From assembly GCA_016839605.1 (NCBI GenBank), contig JAEOTX010000078.1, positions 1-58,516 of the forward strand: DNA of 58,516 bases, in the 5' to 3' direction. The DNA is from Candidatus Thorarchaeota archaeon. Its GTDB lineage: Archaea; Asgardarchaeota; Thorarchaeia; Thorarchaeales; Thorarchaeaceae. The notes beneath the pieces were generated by a model that saw only the letters and a list, made by a program, of their open reading frames with translations, did not search any database and was not told the DNA's origin. A program made the position numbers and the translations under genes. Shown here in pieces: positions 40,261 through 50,657 of this stretch (positions are counted from its first letter, which is position 1; every line of letters begins with the position of its first letter).

Positions 40261-40998
40261 TCATCGAACGGTTTCTATCTTTACTTGTCCTTTACAGAGC
40301 TTGTTCAAGTCATCATAAAGCTCCTGACGCTTTGAGGCAGGAATCTCAACAAGACCGGACCACTCCCCATTCTGAGCCCATGTCTCGGACTTGATTAGTC
40401 CAGCTTTGGCAACTACGTTGTAACCCTTCCCTGAGAATGCTGCAGGTAGTGTAATCTGAAGCTTGACGCTCTCAAATGATATTGGAATGATTACCAGGAG
40501 CGCTTTTACAATTCCAGGAATTTGTTCATCCGCTTTAATGAAGGGGTCGACTTGGACCTTTGCTTCCTCCATTGCCTGTCTGATTCTGTCAGGAGGATGC
40601 GGATGGCCTGTCTGTGGATTCATCGCACGTTTCGAAATGCTTTCGATAATAACCTCAGTCTTTTCCTTGACAAGTTGAATGCGTTGTTCATGAGTCAGCC
40701 TGAACTCTCCATCCTTGAGTATGAGAGCTGCTATCTGGAACACATCTGAGGTTCCAAACTCCTCTTCTGCAAGTTCATCAGATGCACGGTCACCCCTCTT
40801 GGCATTCTCGTAGAGATCATAGCTCTTCAAGATGTCTTCTATGGGGATGTCACCGCCTCTTCGATATTCAAATGCCAAATCGGGGTCTACGAACAGCTCA
40901 AATCGTAAGTGGCCTTTTTGGATACCAATTACAACCGCATCAAGTTCAAGCCACTTCTCACCCGATTTTTTCCCTGAACCCATCAAGTTCCATTCCAC
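40261..40998 (-). CDS. sdo1: Ribosome maturation factor SBDS/Sdo1
   Basis: RFELFVDP, FGTSD and NPQTGHPHPPDRI motifs. Confidence 0.95.
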   Translation of the reverse strand: MEWNLMGSGKKSGEKWLELDAVVIGIQKGHLRFELFVDPDLAFEYRRGGDIPIEDILKSYDLYENAKRGDRASDELAEEEFGTSDVFQIAALILKDGEFRLTHEQRIQLVKEKTEVIIESISKRAMNPQTGHPHPPDRIRQAMEEAKVQVDPFIKADEQIPGIVKALLVIIPISFESVKLQITLPAAFSGKGYNVVAKAGLIKSETWAQNGEWSGLVEIPASKRQELYDDLNKLCKGQVKIETVR

Positions 40999-41000
40999 TC

Positions 41001-41756
41001 CTATTCATTTGATGTTGTACTGGAGGGTTCCAAGATCACCTGCTTTTCCGATCTGCTGAGCTTCTGGAACTTCCGTGTACTCACCGGAATCTTGGCAATC
41101 TCCACATTATCAGGCGTGAGGTCAGTCTCAGTTGCCTGACGAAGTGCTTCAAGTGCAAGTTGAGTGGCTTGCCCGAGCGTTTGTTTCTTGCTCAAGTCAT
41201 ATTTGCTCTCCAGGTATTCGCCTGCCCTCGCGCTCCCACGACCAATCACTACTGCTAAGTAACCCCAATACGTACCCACTGGATCTGTCACATAGAGACG
41301 TGGCGAATCATCATGATCTGCTGAGCCGATAATCATTGAAACACCATAAGGTCTTGCTCCGCCCCCTTGTGTAAACTGAGCCTTCACATCACAGATGTGC
41401 TCAGCTAGTACTTCTCCAGGAATTGGCTCTTCGTAGGTCAGCCAATATGATTGAGCCTTGACCCTGGCCTCCTGAATCAGTTTCCGAGAATCTGCCATCA
41501 GCCCAGATGTCGCTACACCGATGTGTTCATCAATCTTTGAGAGTTTCTCTATGCTTTCAGGCTCTTGAAGAGGCTTGATGTTTTTCTCAGCAAGCAGAAC
41601 AATCCCTTCGTTCACAAGGATTCCTATTGATGTGGCTCCTTGTTCGACTGCTTTCTTGGCATATTCTGCCGCGAAAATCCGTCCTTCGGGACTGAAAATG
41701 CTTGTAGACATATCATAGCCTTGTCCGGGTAAACCAAACACGGTGTTTTCCTCCAA
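41001..41756 (-). CDS. psmA: Proteasome alpha subunit
   Basis: GYD...FSPEGR...EYA, GARPYGVS and TDPVG motifs. Confidence 0.95.
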   Translation of the reverse strand: MEENTVFGLPGQGYDMSTSIFSPEGRIFAAEYAKKAVEQGATSIGILVNEGIVLLAEKNIKPLQEPESIEKLSKIDEHIGVATSGLMADSRKLIQEARVKAQSYWLTYEEPIPGEVLAEHICDVKAQFTQGGGARPYGVSMIIGSADHDDSPRLYVTDPVGTYWGYLAVVIGRGSARAGEYLESKYDLSKKQTLGQATQLALEALRQATETDLTPDNVEIAKIPVSTRKFQKLSRSEKQVILEPSSTTSNE

Positions 41757-41943
41757 GTAGTCAACCTGTATCTATCCGGAAGCCAGAACCTCACAGTGGG
41801 CAACGCCTGACAATTCCGAAAAGCTACTGTCAAACTCCTTTATTTTGCCAGCCCTCGGCATTTCTGCATCTTAGGCTCAAATGGCCTTCGTTGACCTAGA
41901 CTCATAAAGCTTCTGGTGTGCATGTGGTTGGTTTGGCACCTGC

Positions 41944-42342
41944 TTACTCTTGCAGCATGTATAGATACACAATGACAGCCAATGAAAGCAGAAGGGTAAC
42001 TATGGCCACACCAGACTCGAACATTAGGAATGTCATCACAAAGACTACGATGAGAAGAAGAATCAACTCTGTCCAACCTGATCGGATTTGAGTTAGATAC
42101 AGGCGAATATTGACCACCGTGATCGTAAGAAAGAGGAACATGCCGGACATGACAAGGATTTCGATTATGAGAACGAGGAATGGATTCATGTCGTTGAGTG
42201 CGCCGACAGGACTCGTGTCAATGACTTCTGGAGCCGACCATGCCCAAAGTGCCAATCCTAGACTCAACAGAACCACTGTTAGAATAACAGTGATGATTGT
42301 GGACCGTACAATCTCGCTTCGTTCAGGAATCTCGTCGCTCAA
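41944..42342 (-). CDS. Small multi-pass membrane protein
   Basis: About 4 hydrophobic helices. Confidence 0.65.
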   Translation of the reverse strand: MSDEIPERSEIVRSTIITVILTVVLLSLGLALWAWSAPEVIDTSPVGALNDMNPFLVLIIEILVMSGMFLFLTITVVNIRLYLTQIRSGWTELILLLIVVFVMTFLMFESGVAIVTLLLSLAVIVYLYMLQE

Positions 42343-42496
42343 TGTCTCTCACACCGGCCTTGGAGTCCGAGATGTTTGTGTGTCGCACTTAAAGATACCG
42401 ACCGATTCAAGGTTGTTTTCCTTCATGCTGAGCTAAGTGCTTGATGTGATAGAGATTTAAGAAAGGAGCCTGCTTTGACGAAACTGGGTAAAAGGC

Positions 42497-43948
42497 GTGG
42501 GCAGGATCACATCATACTTTGGTCTCTCCGACGACAAACCACATGTGATTAGGCTCACGAGTATTGCAATCAGTCTGAGTACCCTCATGCAGGCCACTAT
42601 TGCGATCTCGACCACATTCTATCTCATTTTTGTCGCAGAAGCACTAGGAAACGGCGATTTCATTGTCGGGATGACCCTGGTTGCAGTACTAGTCGTGATA
42701 CAGATGACTGTTCAAACCACATTTGACTACCCAACAGGGGTCATCGGCGACTGGATTGGTCAGCGATACATCTTGGCCACGGCGTTCCTCACTTACGCTG
42801 CAGCGTTCTACACTGTGTCCCTGGTGACAAGCACCACCCCAATCGGACTGCTCGTCCTTGTTTATGTTCTAATGGGCTTCGCTTCTTCTCAACAGAGTGG
42901 AGCACTTGGCAGCTGGTTCGATAATAACTGGAGAGTCGCAATGCCCGAAGATGAGGGGCGTAAGCAGTACGGTGTGCTTCAGGGCAAGTGGGGGATGTTG
43001 TCTTGGCTAACAAATGTCCTCATCCTCATTCCGGGAGGTATTCTGGCCACAGTGTTTGCTCGAGCCTGGGTGTTTCAGGTACAATCAGTCCTTTGTGTGG
43101 TCATCGCCTTAGCATCATGGAGATTCGTACGGAATCTTCCTGAAGCTGAGCAGAATAGGCAATCAAAGCCAGATATTGGCGAGTATTTCTCGCTATTGAG
43201 AGAGGGCGTAACATACCTGTTTAGTAGTGAGTATGTGAAGTATCTTCTAATTGGCTCAATGCTCGTCAACAGCGTAATCTCAGTATGGGGCAACCTCATA
43301 CTCTTCCCAATGTACTACACATACTTGGTATCCGACGTAGCTGTGGCTAGCTTTCGCACCATTGTCATGGTGCCACTTGTAGTCTATTCAGAACGCTCGG
43401 GCATCTGGGCAAAAAGGTACGATCCAGAGAAGTGGATACCTCGTTTCAGATTTATCCAGACATGTGGAGCTGTGTTCTTCTGGGTGTTTGCAGTGCTGAT
43501 GATTGTGTTCCAACCACCTCCCGCGAACTCACCAATGATAGACTACATCCTTCCGGGTACTGATATTCTATTACTCAGAGTTCCTGTGGCTTCATTGGTA
43601 CCTGTATTTCTGATGGTTGTCATGTTCTTCATCGGTGGCGCTTTCCTCCAACTGGGAGGAGTTCTGACTTCACGTGTCTTTGTTGATGCGATTCCAAATA
43701 GAGTAAGGAATGGCGTATACTCTTTGTTCCCGACAGTTGTATTGATTTTCGCAATACCCCAGATTGCTTTCTTCGGATGGTTGATTCCATTGCTGGGTAT
43801 TTCCACCACGCTGTTCCTATGTGGATGCATATCAACAATAGGAGTGCTTATGATTCGGAAGGGTCTAAGCTATCCAAAGCCTTGGCTCGATGACACTGCT
43901 GTGTCCACAGAACAAGAGCCAGGCCAAGAACTTGAGGATGAGCACTAG
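42497..43948 (+). CDS. MFS transporter
   Basis: DYPTGVIGDWIGQR motif A; about 12 TM segments. Confidence 0.88.
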   Translation: MGRITSYFGLSDDKPHVIRLTSIAISLSTLMQATIAISTTFYLIFVAEALGNGDFIVGMTLVAVLVVIQMTVQTTFDYPTGVIGDWIGQRYILATAFLTYAAAFYTVSLVTSTTPIGLLVLVYVLMGFASSQQSGALGSWFDNNWRVAMPEDEGRKQYGVLQGKWGMLSWLTNVLILIPGGILATVFARAWVFQVQSVLCVVIALASWRFVRNLPEAEQNRQSKPDIGEYFSLLREGVTYLFSSEYVKYLLIGSMLVNSVISVWGNLILFPMYYTYLVSDVAVASFRTIVMVPLVVYSERSGIWAKRYDPEKWIPRFRFIQTCGAVFFWVFAVLMIVFQPPPANSPMIDYILPGTDILLLRVPVASLVPVFLMVVMFFIGGAFLQLGGVLTSRVFVDAIPNRVRNGVYSLFPTVVLIFAIPQIAFFGWLIPLLGISTTLFLCGCISTIGVLMIRKGLSYPKPWLDDTAVSTEQEPGQELEDEH

Positions 43949-44256
43949 AACTCAACAGAGGTCCCGAGTCGCATGTTATAGACCTCAAATTCTAGTTCAG
44001 TCAATTCGTCCTGAAGCTTACGGTACTTCTTCTCAAACTCGTCGTGTCCGATGGTGCCAGCCTTCTTCTCCATCACAAGTCGTTTCAGTTCACTCTGACG
44101 CTCTCTTATCTTCTCCTTGATCTCTTCCCAATGGCTGCGGCGAGTTGATACTGATTCCCCCCAACTATCACTCGATTTAGAATCCTGCTCAAGCTTGCCA
44201 ACTACTTCATCGAGCGAACTTTTGATCTCCTCAGCGTCCTTGCTGTCCTCTTTCAA
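43945..44256 (-). CDS. Small coiled-coil protein
   Basis: Highly charged helical sequence with GTIGHDEFEKK. Confidence 0.6.
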   Translation of the reverse strand: MKEDSKDAEEIKSSLDEVVGKLEQDSKSSDSWGESVSTRRSHWEEIKEKIRERQSELKRLVMEKKAGTIGHDEFEKKYRKLQDELTELEFEVYNMRLGTSVEF

Positions 44257-44320
44257 ACTCTACACCAGACTCATTTCGATTTAGATTCGATATATGCGTT
44301 GAGATGGGGCCATAGGCGAA

Positions 44321-45244
44321 TCAACCAAGCAAGAGTAGTAGTAGTGGGACTACTGGGAGAAGAAGAATGGTTCCTACTGTAACAGCCGTTGCAGCGGATT
44401 CAGTGTCCAGGTTGAGGCCACCTGCAAATACCACAGTAAATACAGCAGGGGGCATCAATGCCTCAATAATTACCACCTTTGATGCTAGGTCTGAAAGGCC
44501 CAGAAAGAGTAGCAAAATGCCCATCAGAATTGGAACAAACAGTTGCCTCACAGCAGCCACCTCGAAGCCACCTATAATGTCTACTCTGGAGAATCGCGAT
44601 CCGATTCCAAGGCCAACTGTGACAAGAGATAGGTAGGTTGTGATAGTGCCATTGACTGAGAGTAAGGAAGCGACCTCATGAGGCAGTGAAACTCCTAGAA
44701 TCAGAAGTACAGACGCCAAGATAGCAGCGATAAACGGAGGAAACTTCAGCCACTGGCTTGCCATTTCCCTCCAATTTGCGCCTGTTTCACTATACCTGGA
44801 GCCAATTACAGAACCCAGGCTGACTAGAAGAATCATCTGAGTAAGGGAGAACATGATGACAAAGGGGACTGCTTGATCTCCAATGAAAAGAATTGCTAGA
44901 GGGAGGGGAATGAAGAGAGCGTTCTGAAAAGTGGAACAGAGCAGAAGAACGCCCTTTCTTGGATTCTCGATTGTGCTCTTCCTTAATCGCACATACATGA
45001 TTATTGTACCAGATAGGTGAACGATTAATGCAGCAAGGAGGACCAATGGAATCTCAATGAGAGTTTCTAGGGATGATGTGAGTAAAGACTGAACAACTAG
45101 AATGGGCACTAGAAGATTCACAAGGAGTGCTATCAAGTGCTTGTTGACCTCTTGTCCCCGGCCTGAGATTTTAGCGATGACATAACCTATGACAATCGAA
45201 CCATAGAAAGAGCCTAAGTTCGTAATGAGGTCGATAACTTGCAG
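44321..45244 (-). CDS. AEC (auxin efflux carrier / malate permease) family transporter
   Basis: FQNALFIPLP, KFPPFIA and EALMPPA motifs; frame stays open and hydrophobic upstream of 45136 to a CTG at 45244. Confidence 0.85.
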   Translation of the reverse strand: MQVIDLITNLGSFYGSIVIGYVIAKISGRGQEVNKHLIALLVNLLVPILVVQSLLTSSLETLIEIPLVLLAALIVHLSGTIIMYVRLRKSTIENPRKGVLLLCSTFQNALFIPLPLAILFIGDQAVPFVIMFSLTQMILLVSLGSVIGSRYSETGANWREMASQWLKFPPFIAAILASVLLILGVSLPHEVASLLSVNGTITTYLSLVTVGLGIGSRFSRVDIIGGFEVAAVRQLFVPILMGILLLFLGLSDLASKVVIIEALMPPAVFTVVFAGGLNLDTESAATAVTVGTILLLPVVPLLLLLLG

Positions 45245-45271
45245 CTCTATCCACCAGCCTCGATTCCTCGC

Positions 45272-47077
45272 TCATAGACCCAATCTCTCAAGGGTCTCAT
45301 CGCTGGGTGCTCCCGTGGCACGGTTCCATCCTCTATATTCGTAATAATCTTTCAACTGCATATCCATATCTGGCACGAAATCGTCTGTAGCATAGTCTGG
45401 AAGTGGTTTCAGGAGTGGCGCAGGAAGACAATCATCATCTGGTCTTAGTCCACACTTGAGATTGAACAACCTCTTTTGAGTGACTGCACGTGAACCTATC
45501 AAAAGAACATCCTCGCTGGTAAGTGACGCTCCGGTTGCCTTGTTCACAAGTCCCAGAATCGTGTCAAATGGCACCTGAGCGAAGTGGCACATCATGATAG
45601 AGTCAAAGAACGCTCTGAAATCTTGCGCACGTGCAGCAGTGCTTCCCTTGTCTTCATTCTCCAGTCGATCACCTGAATTGATTCCAATTTCACGCACCTC
45701 CACGCCCATGTCAACGCTGTACATGTCACCCTCCAGGTGAGTTGCGCCACGGGATGCAGTAGCATATACTGTGGCCATTCCTGCAAAGGCTCGTGGGTCG
45801 TGATTGGGTACTTCTTGTCCTTTCACATGGATGACCAAGTCAGATGCATCATGTTTCTTTGCAAACCGCACAGAACCATCAGCTAATTCATCTCCGACAC
45901 CTGACCTTGCTGCAATCGCATGTACAAGCTCAATTACCTTGTCTGCATCTCCCCATTCCAGACCAAGATTCAGTTTACCGAGATCACAGAGGTGCATTGC
46001 GAATGCAATTGCACTGCCACAACTAATAGTGTCCAATCCATACTGATTGCATAGATTGTTGATCACTGACACTTTCTTCAGGTCAGACACCATTAGGTTA
46101 GACCCAAAGGCTGCAATTGTCTGAAACTCCGGTCCTGCTATCTTCTCGAGACCCTGCTCCTGCAAGGTGATAACTCGACCACATGCGATTGGGCACGAAT
46201 AGCAGGCAGTCCTACCAGTTAGGAACTCCTTCATTGCCGTTGAAGTCAATGAATCGTATTCGAATTCAATTTCTTGGAAGTATTTGATGGGCATGTCATT
46301 GAACATCATTCCAACTTCAACGTACATAGATGTGCCTGAGTCGCGAAGATGATGCATGACCTCACCGAGAATTTTGGATGATTCTCTGGCAAGACTTGTG
46401 AATCCCTCAGGATCAGCCACCTCTATCTTTTTGGAGCCGGATACTGTGATCGCCTTCAAGTTCTTTGAGCCCATCACCGCTCCTAAACCACATCTAGCTG
46501 CAGCCCTTTCATCGGTCATGATGCCAGCGAACCTGACGAGATTCTCTCCCGCAGGTCCTATGCAGGCTATACGAACTCGCCCCAGTTTCTTCTTCAGGAG
46601 AGTCTGAACTTCATCTGTCTTCATACCCCATAAGTCAGCGGCAGATGCAATCTCTGCTTTACCTTCTTTGATGTGAAGAATTGCAGGTTCTTCAGAACGA
46701 CCCTTGACGAGAATGCCATCGAAGCCCGAAAACTTCAGATTCGCTCCAAAATGGCCTCCCACATGTGCCTCGCCCCAGATGCCAGTCAAAGGGGATTTTC
46801 CACAGACCACAAGCCTCCCCGTACTTGGAGCCAAAGTACCTGTCAATGGGCCAGTCATGAATAGCAGCATGTTATCTGGTCCCAGAGGGTCTGCAGAATG
46901 ATCCATCATATCGTACAGAAGCTTGCTCGCATAGCCGCTCCCGCCAATGAACTTTGATGCAATTCCCTCATCGATAGGATGCAGGGATGTAGTTTTCTCA
47001 GTAAGGTCCACTACAAGGATTTGACCCATGTACCCATGCATGGCCATCCCTCCTAGAAGTCCCTCATGATTTCCCAC
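45272..47077 (-). CDS. aor: Tungsten-dependent aldehyde:ferredoxin oxidoreductase family protein (start likely at MAMHGY, ~47042)
   Basis: KSPLTG, CIGPAGE, GAVMGSKNLKA, CYSCPIAC, GLDTIS and DPR motifs. Confidence 0.93.
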   Translation of the reverse strand: MGNHEGLLGGMAMHGYMGQILVVDLTEKTTSLHPIDEGIASKFIGGSGYASKLLYDMMDHSADPLGPDNMLLFMTGPLTGTLAPSTGRLVVCGKSPLTGIWGEAHVGGHFGANLKFSGFDGILVKGRSEEPAILHIKEGKAEIASAADLWGMKTDEVQTLLKKKLGRVRIACIGPAGENLVRFAGIMTDERAAARCGLGAVMGSKNLKAITVSGSKKIEVADPEGFTSLARESSKILGEVMHHLRDSGTSMYVEVGMMFNDMPIKYFQEIEFEYDSLTSTAMKEFLTGRTACYSCPIACGRVITLQEQGLEKIAGPEFQTIAAFGSNLMVSDLKKVSVINNLCNQYGLDTISCGSAIAFAMHLCDLGKLNLGLEWGDADKVIELVHAIAARSGVGDELADGSVRFAKKHDASDLVIHVKGQEVPNHDPRAFAGMATVYATASRGATHLEGDMYSVDMGVEVREIGINSGDRLENEDKGSTAARAQDFRAFFDSIMMCHFAQVPFDTILGLVNKATGASLTSEDVLLIGSRAVTQKRLFNLKCGLRPDDDCLPAPLLKPLPDYATDDFVPDMDMQLKDYYEYRGWNRATGAPSDETLERLGL

Positions 47078-47691
47078 AGGTCTTCCTCATCCTCGACAAC
47101 GTCTTCTGGAAGAGGGATGGGCTCGCCTGCCCTGAGCGCAAGTAGATAGATTCGGCATGTTCGCTCGAGAAGAATCGCATTGTCAAGAGCCTTTCTAATA
47201 TTATTCCCACACGTCACTGCTCCGTGATTGGCAATGAGCACCGCACTTCTCCGATTCATAGCCTCAACGACATTTTTCGCAAGGTCCTTTGTGCCTGGCA
47301 TTGCATAGGAAGTGACCCGAATCTCGCCACCTAGCTTTGGGACCACCTCGTCCAATATTGGCGGCAGCGGCTTTTGTAGAACTGCTAGAGCTGTGGCATA
47401 TACACTGTGGGAGTGAACGACTGCGTTTGCATCTTCTCGCTGTTTGTATATCTCAAGATGCGTCGGGGTCTCAACACTAGCATTCCGGTCGGCCTCTATG
47501 ACATCACCCTCCATATTGACCACGACCACGTCATCCAAGGTCATTTTAGCGTAAGGAACCGAGCTTGGTGTGATTACGGCATGTTCATCACTCACTCGGA
47601 TGCTCGCATTGCCAGCTGAGATAATGACAAGATTCTCTTTGATCATCTCACCACATGCTGCTAGAAGTTCTTCTTTTTCCTTCTCGTACAC
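47053..47691 (-). CDS. Class II aldolase (fuculose-1-phosphate aldolase-like)
   Basis: GNAS, ITPS, SVETPTH, VVHSHS and NHG motifs. Confidence 0.92.
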   Translation of the reverse strand: MYEKEKEELLAACGEMIKENLVIISAGNASIRVSDEHAVITPSSVPYAKMTLDDVVVVNMEGDVIEADRNASVETPTHLEIYKQREDANAVVHSHSVYATALAVLQKPLPPILDEVVPKLGGEIRVTSYAMPGTKDLAKNVVEAMNRRSAVLIANHGAVTCGNNIRKALDNAILLERTCRIYLLALRAGEPIPLPEDVVEDEEDLWEIMRDF

Positions 47692-49196
47692 TATTCGTCA
47701 CTTCCTAGAGACCATATCTCTTTCCAGCGGGAGTAGTAGAATTCATACTCAGACGCTCTCTCATCAGGTTCCAGTGTTGGTTGCCAGGCCACCATTGCTT
47801 CTGAAGCCTTATTGAGATTAGGATACCAGTCGGCTCCAACCGCAGCACAAATCGCGGCTCCAATGAGGCTGCCTTCGAACTGCTTAGGATTCATCACTGG
47901 TTTTCCAATTGAATTACTAAGAATCTGTCGCCATACCTGCGATCTGGAGATACCACCAATGGCCTTTACAATCGGCGGATCCTCAAACTCCTGCAACTGC
48001 TCTATGTTGCCACGTACTGCAAACGCGATGTTTTCTAGAACTGCATGAATCAGGCTCGCAGAGTCAAGAGGTTTGACCTGGGGCAATGCTGGCTGTGGAA
48101 AATGAAGCCGAGCTAACGGGATGTCAGCCATCCGGGTTGAGTCCATGATTCTGGGTCCTAGACCAGCAAAGGCCTCATTGCTACCCGGGGGAATATCCTT
48201 GAGAAGCTCGGGTAAACTATCAAATGTCTTCTTTCTGCACCTTTCAGGATCCTCCGAGAGCTCGCACAATAGCCCTATGACCCACTCGATGTATGCTCCT
48301 GTGAGCATGGCATTACTCTCCAATGTCCACATACCCGGAACCGTGTGACAGGAAGACCAGAGTGTCTGTTCAGAAGAGCAGACATGGTTGTCCAATGTGA
48401 GCATCACAGGAGTTGTACTCCCTGCAATGACAGTAATCTCTCCAGGCCCTGCCTGTGCGGCAAGAAGCGCACAATGTGTGTCAGTGCTTCCCTGGGTCAC
48501 AGATAGCCCGTCAGGAAGTCCTGAATCCTTGGCAGCTTCGGATGTGACACTGCCAACAATTTCACCAGCCCTCCTCAAGCTAGGTAGGATTGCTTTGTCG
48601 AAACCTAGCGCTGAGAATATTTCTTCACTCCACTTCTGGGCCTTAATATCATAGCATCCAGTGGCACTAGCAGAGGCTGGCTCAGTGACATACTCTCCGC
48701 TCAGTCTAAACGTAATCCAGTCATTGATCGGAAGAACGTGAGCCACAGTTTGATGAATCTCAGGCTCTTCCTCCTCAAACCATGCCATTCTTGCAGGAGT
48801 AAACATCATGGGAGGCCAGCAACCTGTGACCTCCAGGAATTTCTTCCCAAGAGCATCTTCGATGACATACTGGGACATCGCGCCCCGCGCATCTATGTTC
48901 GGGCCACTGTAAAGCTCCTTTCCATCCGAATCAAGAAAGACGACACCATGACGCTGACTTGTGGTAACCACACTCTCTATCTTTGAAGGTGACAATTCAG
49001 AGGCGTTTATAGCTTCTTTGGTCACAGCACATATCAAGTCCCAGAATCGTGAGGGATTGAACTCCTTTGCTATCTCAAGAAACTCTGGAGTTTCGTAACC
49101 CCAGGTCCTCCTTCCCAGACCCAGAACTTCACCGTCTTTTCCAACAATCATGCATCGTACGCCGGTCGTACCAGCATCTATCGCAGCAACAGGCAC
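47691..49196 (-). CDS. FGGY family carbohydrate kinase (LsrK/xylulokinase-like)
   Basis: IDAGTTGVR, TSQRHG, PNIDAR and GGISRS motifs. Confidence 0.9.
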   Translation of the reverse strand: MPVAAIDAGTTGVRCMIVGKDGEVLGLGRRTWGYETPEFLEIAKEFNPSRFWDLICAVTKEAINASELSPSKIESVVTTSQRHGVVFLDSDGKELYSGPNIDARGAMSQYVIEDALGKKFLEVTGCWPPMMFTPARMAWFEEEEPEIHQTVAHVLPINDWITFRLSGEYVTEPASASATGCYDIKAQKWSEEIFSALGFDKAILPSLRRAGEIVGSVTSEAAKDSGLPDGLSVTQGSTDTHCALLAAQAGPGEITVIAGSTTPVMLTLDNHVCSSEQTLWSSCHTVPGMWTLESNAMLTGAYIEWVIGLLCELSEDPERCRKKTFDSLPELLKDIPPGSNEAFAGLGPRIMDSTRMADIPLARLHFPQPALPQVKPLDSASLIHAVLENIAFAVRGNIEQLQEFEDPPIVKAIGGISRSQVWRQILSNSIGKPVMNPKQFEGSLIGAAICAAVGADWYPNLNKASEAMVAWQPTLEPDERASEYEFYYSRWKEIWSLGSDE

Positions 49197-49197
49197 T

Positions 49198-50214
49198 CTA
49201 GGTTTCCTCCTTATTGAGGACCTCAGGATTCAGAACGTTCTCTGGACGGCCTCCTTCTAGGATTGCCTGAATGTCCTTCGCAATCATCATGGACTGTCGT
49301 TCAATCGTATCGACAGTGTTGCCACCAATATGCGGAGTCACTGTGACATTTTCCAATTCCAAAAACTCGTTATCGCAGTCTACAGGCTCCATTGAGAAGA
49401 CATCAAGACCTGCGCCTGCGATTCTCCCTGACTCCAGTGCTTCGCGCAGAGCATACTCGTCTGTGATAGATGCGCGTGCAGTGTTGATGAAGATTGCAGA
49501 CTTCTTCATCATTTCAAACTGCGCTGCTCCCAGCATTCCTTTGGTTTCGTCTGTTGGTGGGCAGTGGACTGACACTATGTCTGAGTTTCTGAGGAGGTCT
49601 TCTAATGACGCAGCCTTGGCACCCGCTTCCTTCAATCTGTCCTGAGGCGCGTACGGATCATGCACTAGAATATCAACTCCAAAGGCTTGGAGTCGCTTTG
49701 CTACCTCAAAACCAATCTTTCCAAGACCTATTATTCCCACTGTCCGACCATGCAGCTCAAAACCTCTCGTAGTCTTGTACATCTGTGCGAAGTCCGAGTA
49801 GTCATCTACCATGAAATCGTTCTTCAGCATCCGGTCCGCTGCTACAATTCGTCGTGCTTGACTCAGCATGAGCGTGAGCGTCAATTCTGCAACTGCTACT
49901 GTGTTTCGACCTGGTGCTCCAATCACAGGGATTCCTTTGGCGTTTGCAGCAGTTATTGAAACATTGTTTGGATTGTCTCTCGCAGAAGCAATAATCTTCA
50001 GTTCAGATCCCTCAATAACCTCCTCCTTCACCTCGTCACCCTCAACGATGACAATTTCATAGCCGCCATCCTTGATGACATCTAGAAGCTTTTCCCCGAG
50101 GTAGAGCTTACCGGTTTCTAGCCAGCTCCTATGGTGCACCTCTAGCCCAGCATTCTCAAGCATCTTCAATCCTGACTCTGAGAATGGAGCGGTGATTAGC
50201 GCCTTCATTTTCAT
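49198..50214 (-). CDS. D-isomer-specific 2-hydroxyacid dehydrogenase (SerA-like)
   Basis: PGRNTVAVAE, GIIGLGKIG, INTAR, LDVF and TPHIGG motifs. Confidence 0.92.
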   Translation of the reverse strand: MKMKALITAPFSESGLKMLENAGLEVHHRSWLETGKLYLGEKLLDVIKDGGYEIVIVEGDEVKEEVIEGSELKIIASARDNPNNVSITAANAKGIPVIGAPGRNTVAVAELTLTLMLSQARRIVAADRMLKNDFMVDDYSDFAQMYKTTRGFELHGRTVGIIGLGKIGFEVAKRLQAFGVDILVHDPYAPQDRLKEAGAKAASLEDLLRNSDIVSVHCPPTDETKGMLGAAQFEMMKKSAIFINTARASITDEYALREALESGRIAGAGLDVFSMEPVDCDNEFLELENVTVTPHIGGNTVDTIERQSMMIAKDIQAILEGGRPENVLNPEVLNKEET

Positions 50215-50250
50215 GGTCTCCTCGAAGTTGAGCAGGTTTGGTGGTCATCA

Positions 50251-50583
50251 CTAAAGCATTAGCTTCTGCAGCTTGAGAAGGTCCGGAACTTCTCCCTTGG
50301 TCTTGAGCTTCCCAGCTTGGTATGCCGCCATTGGACTCTCACTCTTGTCCATTATTTTGAAGAAGACTATGGAATCCATTGTCACCGTCATCTCTGCATC
50401 TACAGTCCCTTCAGCCAGCTCAAGCAACTCTGCATCTCCTATCTTCATGTACATCTGAGTATCGATGTCAGGGAAGATGAACTGCAGAGTCTTGTTGAAC
50501 TCCTTAAACCGTCGTTGAATCTTTGGATCTTCAAACCTGGTCCCTAGCTGTTTCAATTGCGCCAAGATTTCTTCCTTAGTCAT
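50251..50583 (-). CDS. SCP2 sterol/lipid-binding domain protein
   Basis: PMAAYQAGKLKTKG...LLKLQ; the ATG at 50583 (MTKEE) is a more plausible start than 50700. Confidence 0.85.
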   Translation of the reverse strand: MTKEEILAQLKQLGTRFEDPKIQRRFKEFNKTLQFIFPDIDTQMYMKIGDAELLELAEGTVDAEMTVTMDSIVFFKIMDKSESPMAAYQAGKLKTKGEVPDLLKLQKLML

Positions 50584-50657
50584 TCGAGCACCACGCAGAA
50601 CCGCGTGCATTATGCGATATATCTTGTGTGCATATAGACATTGAATGGATAGAAAGT

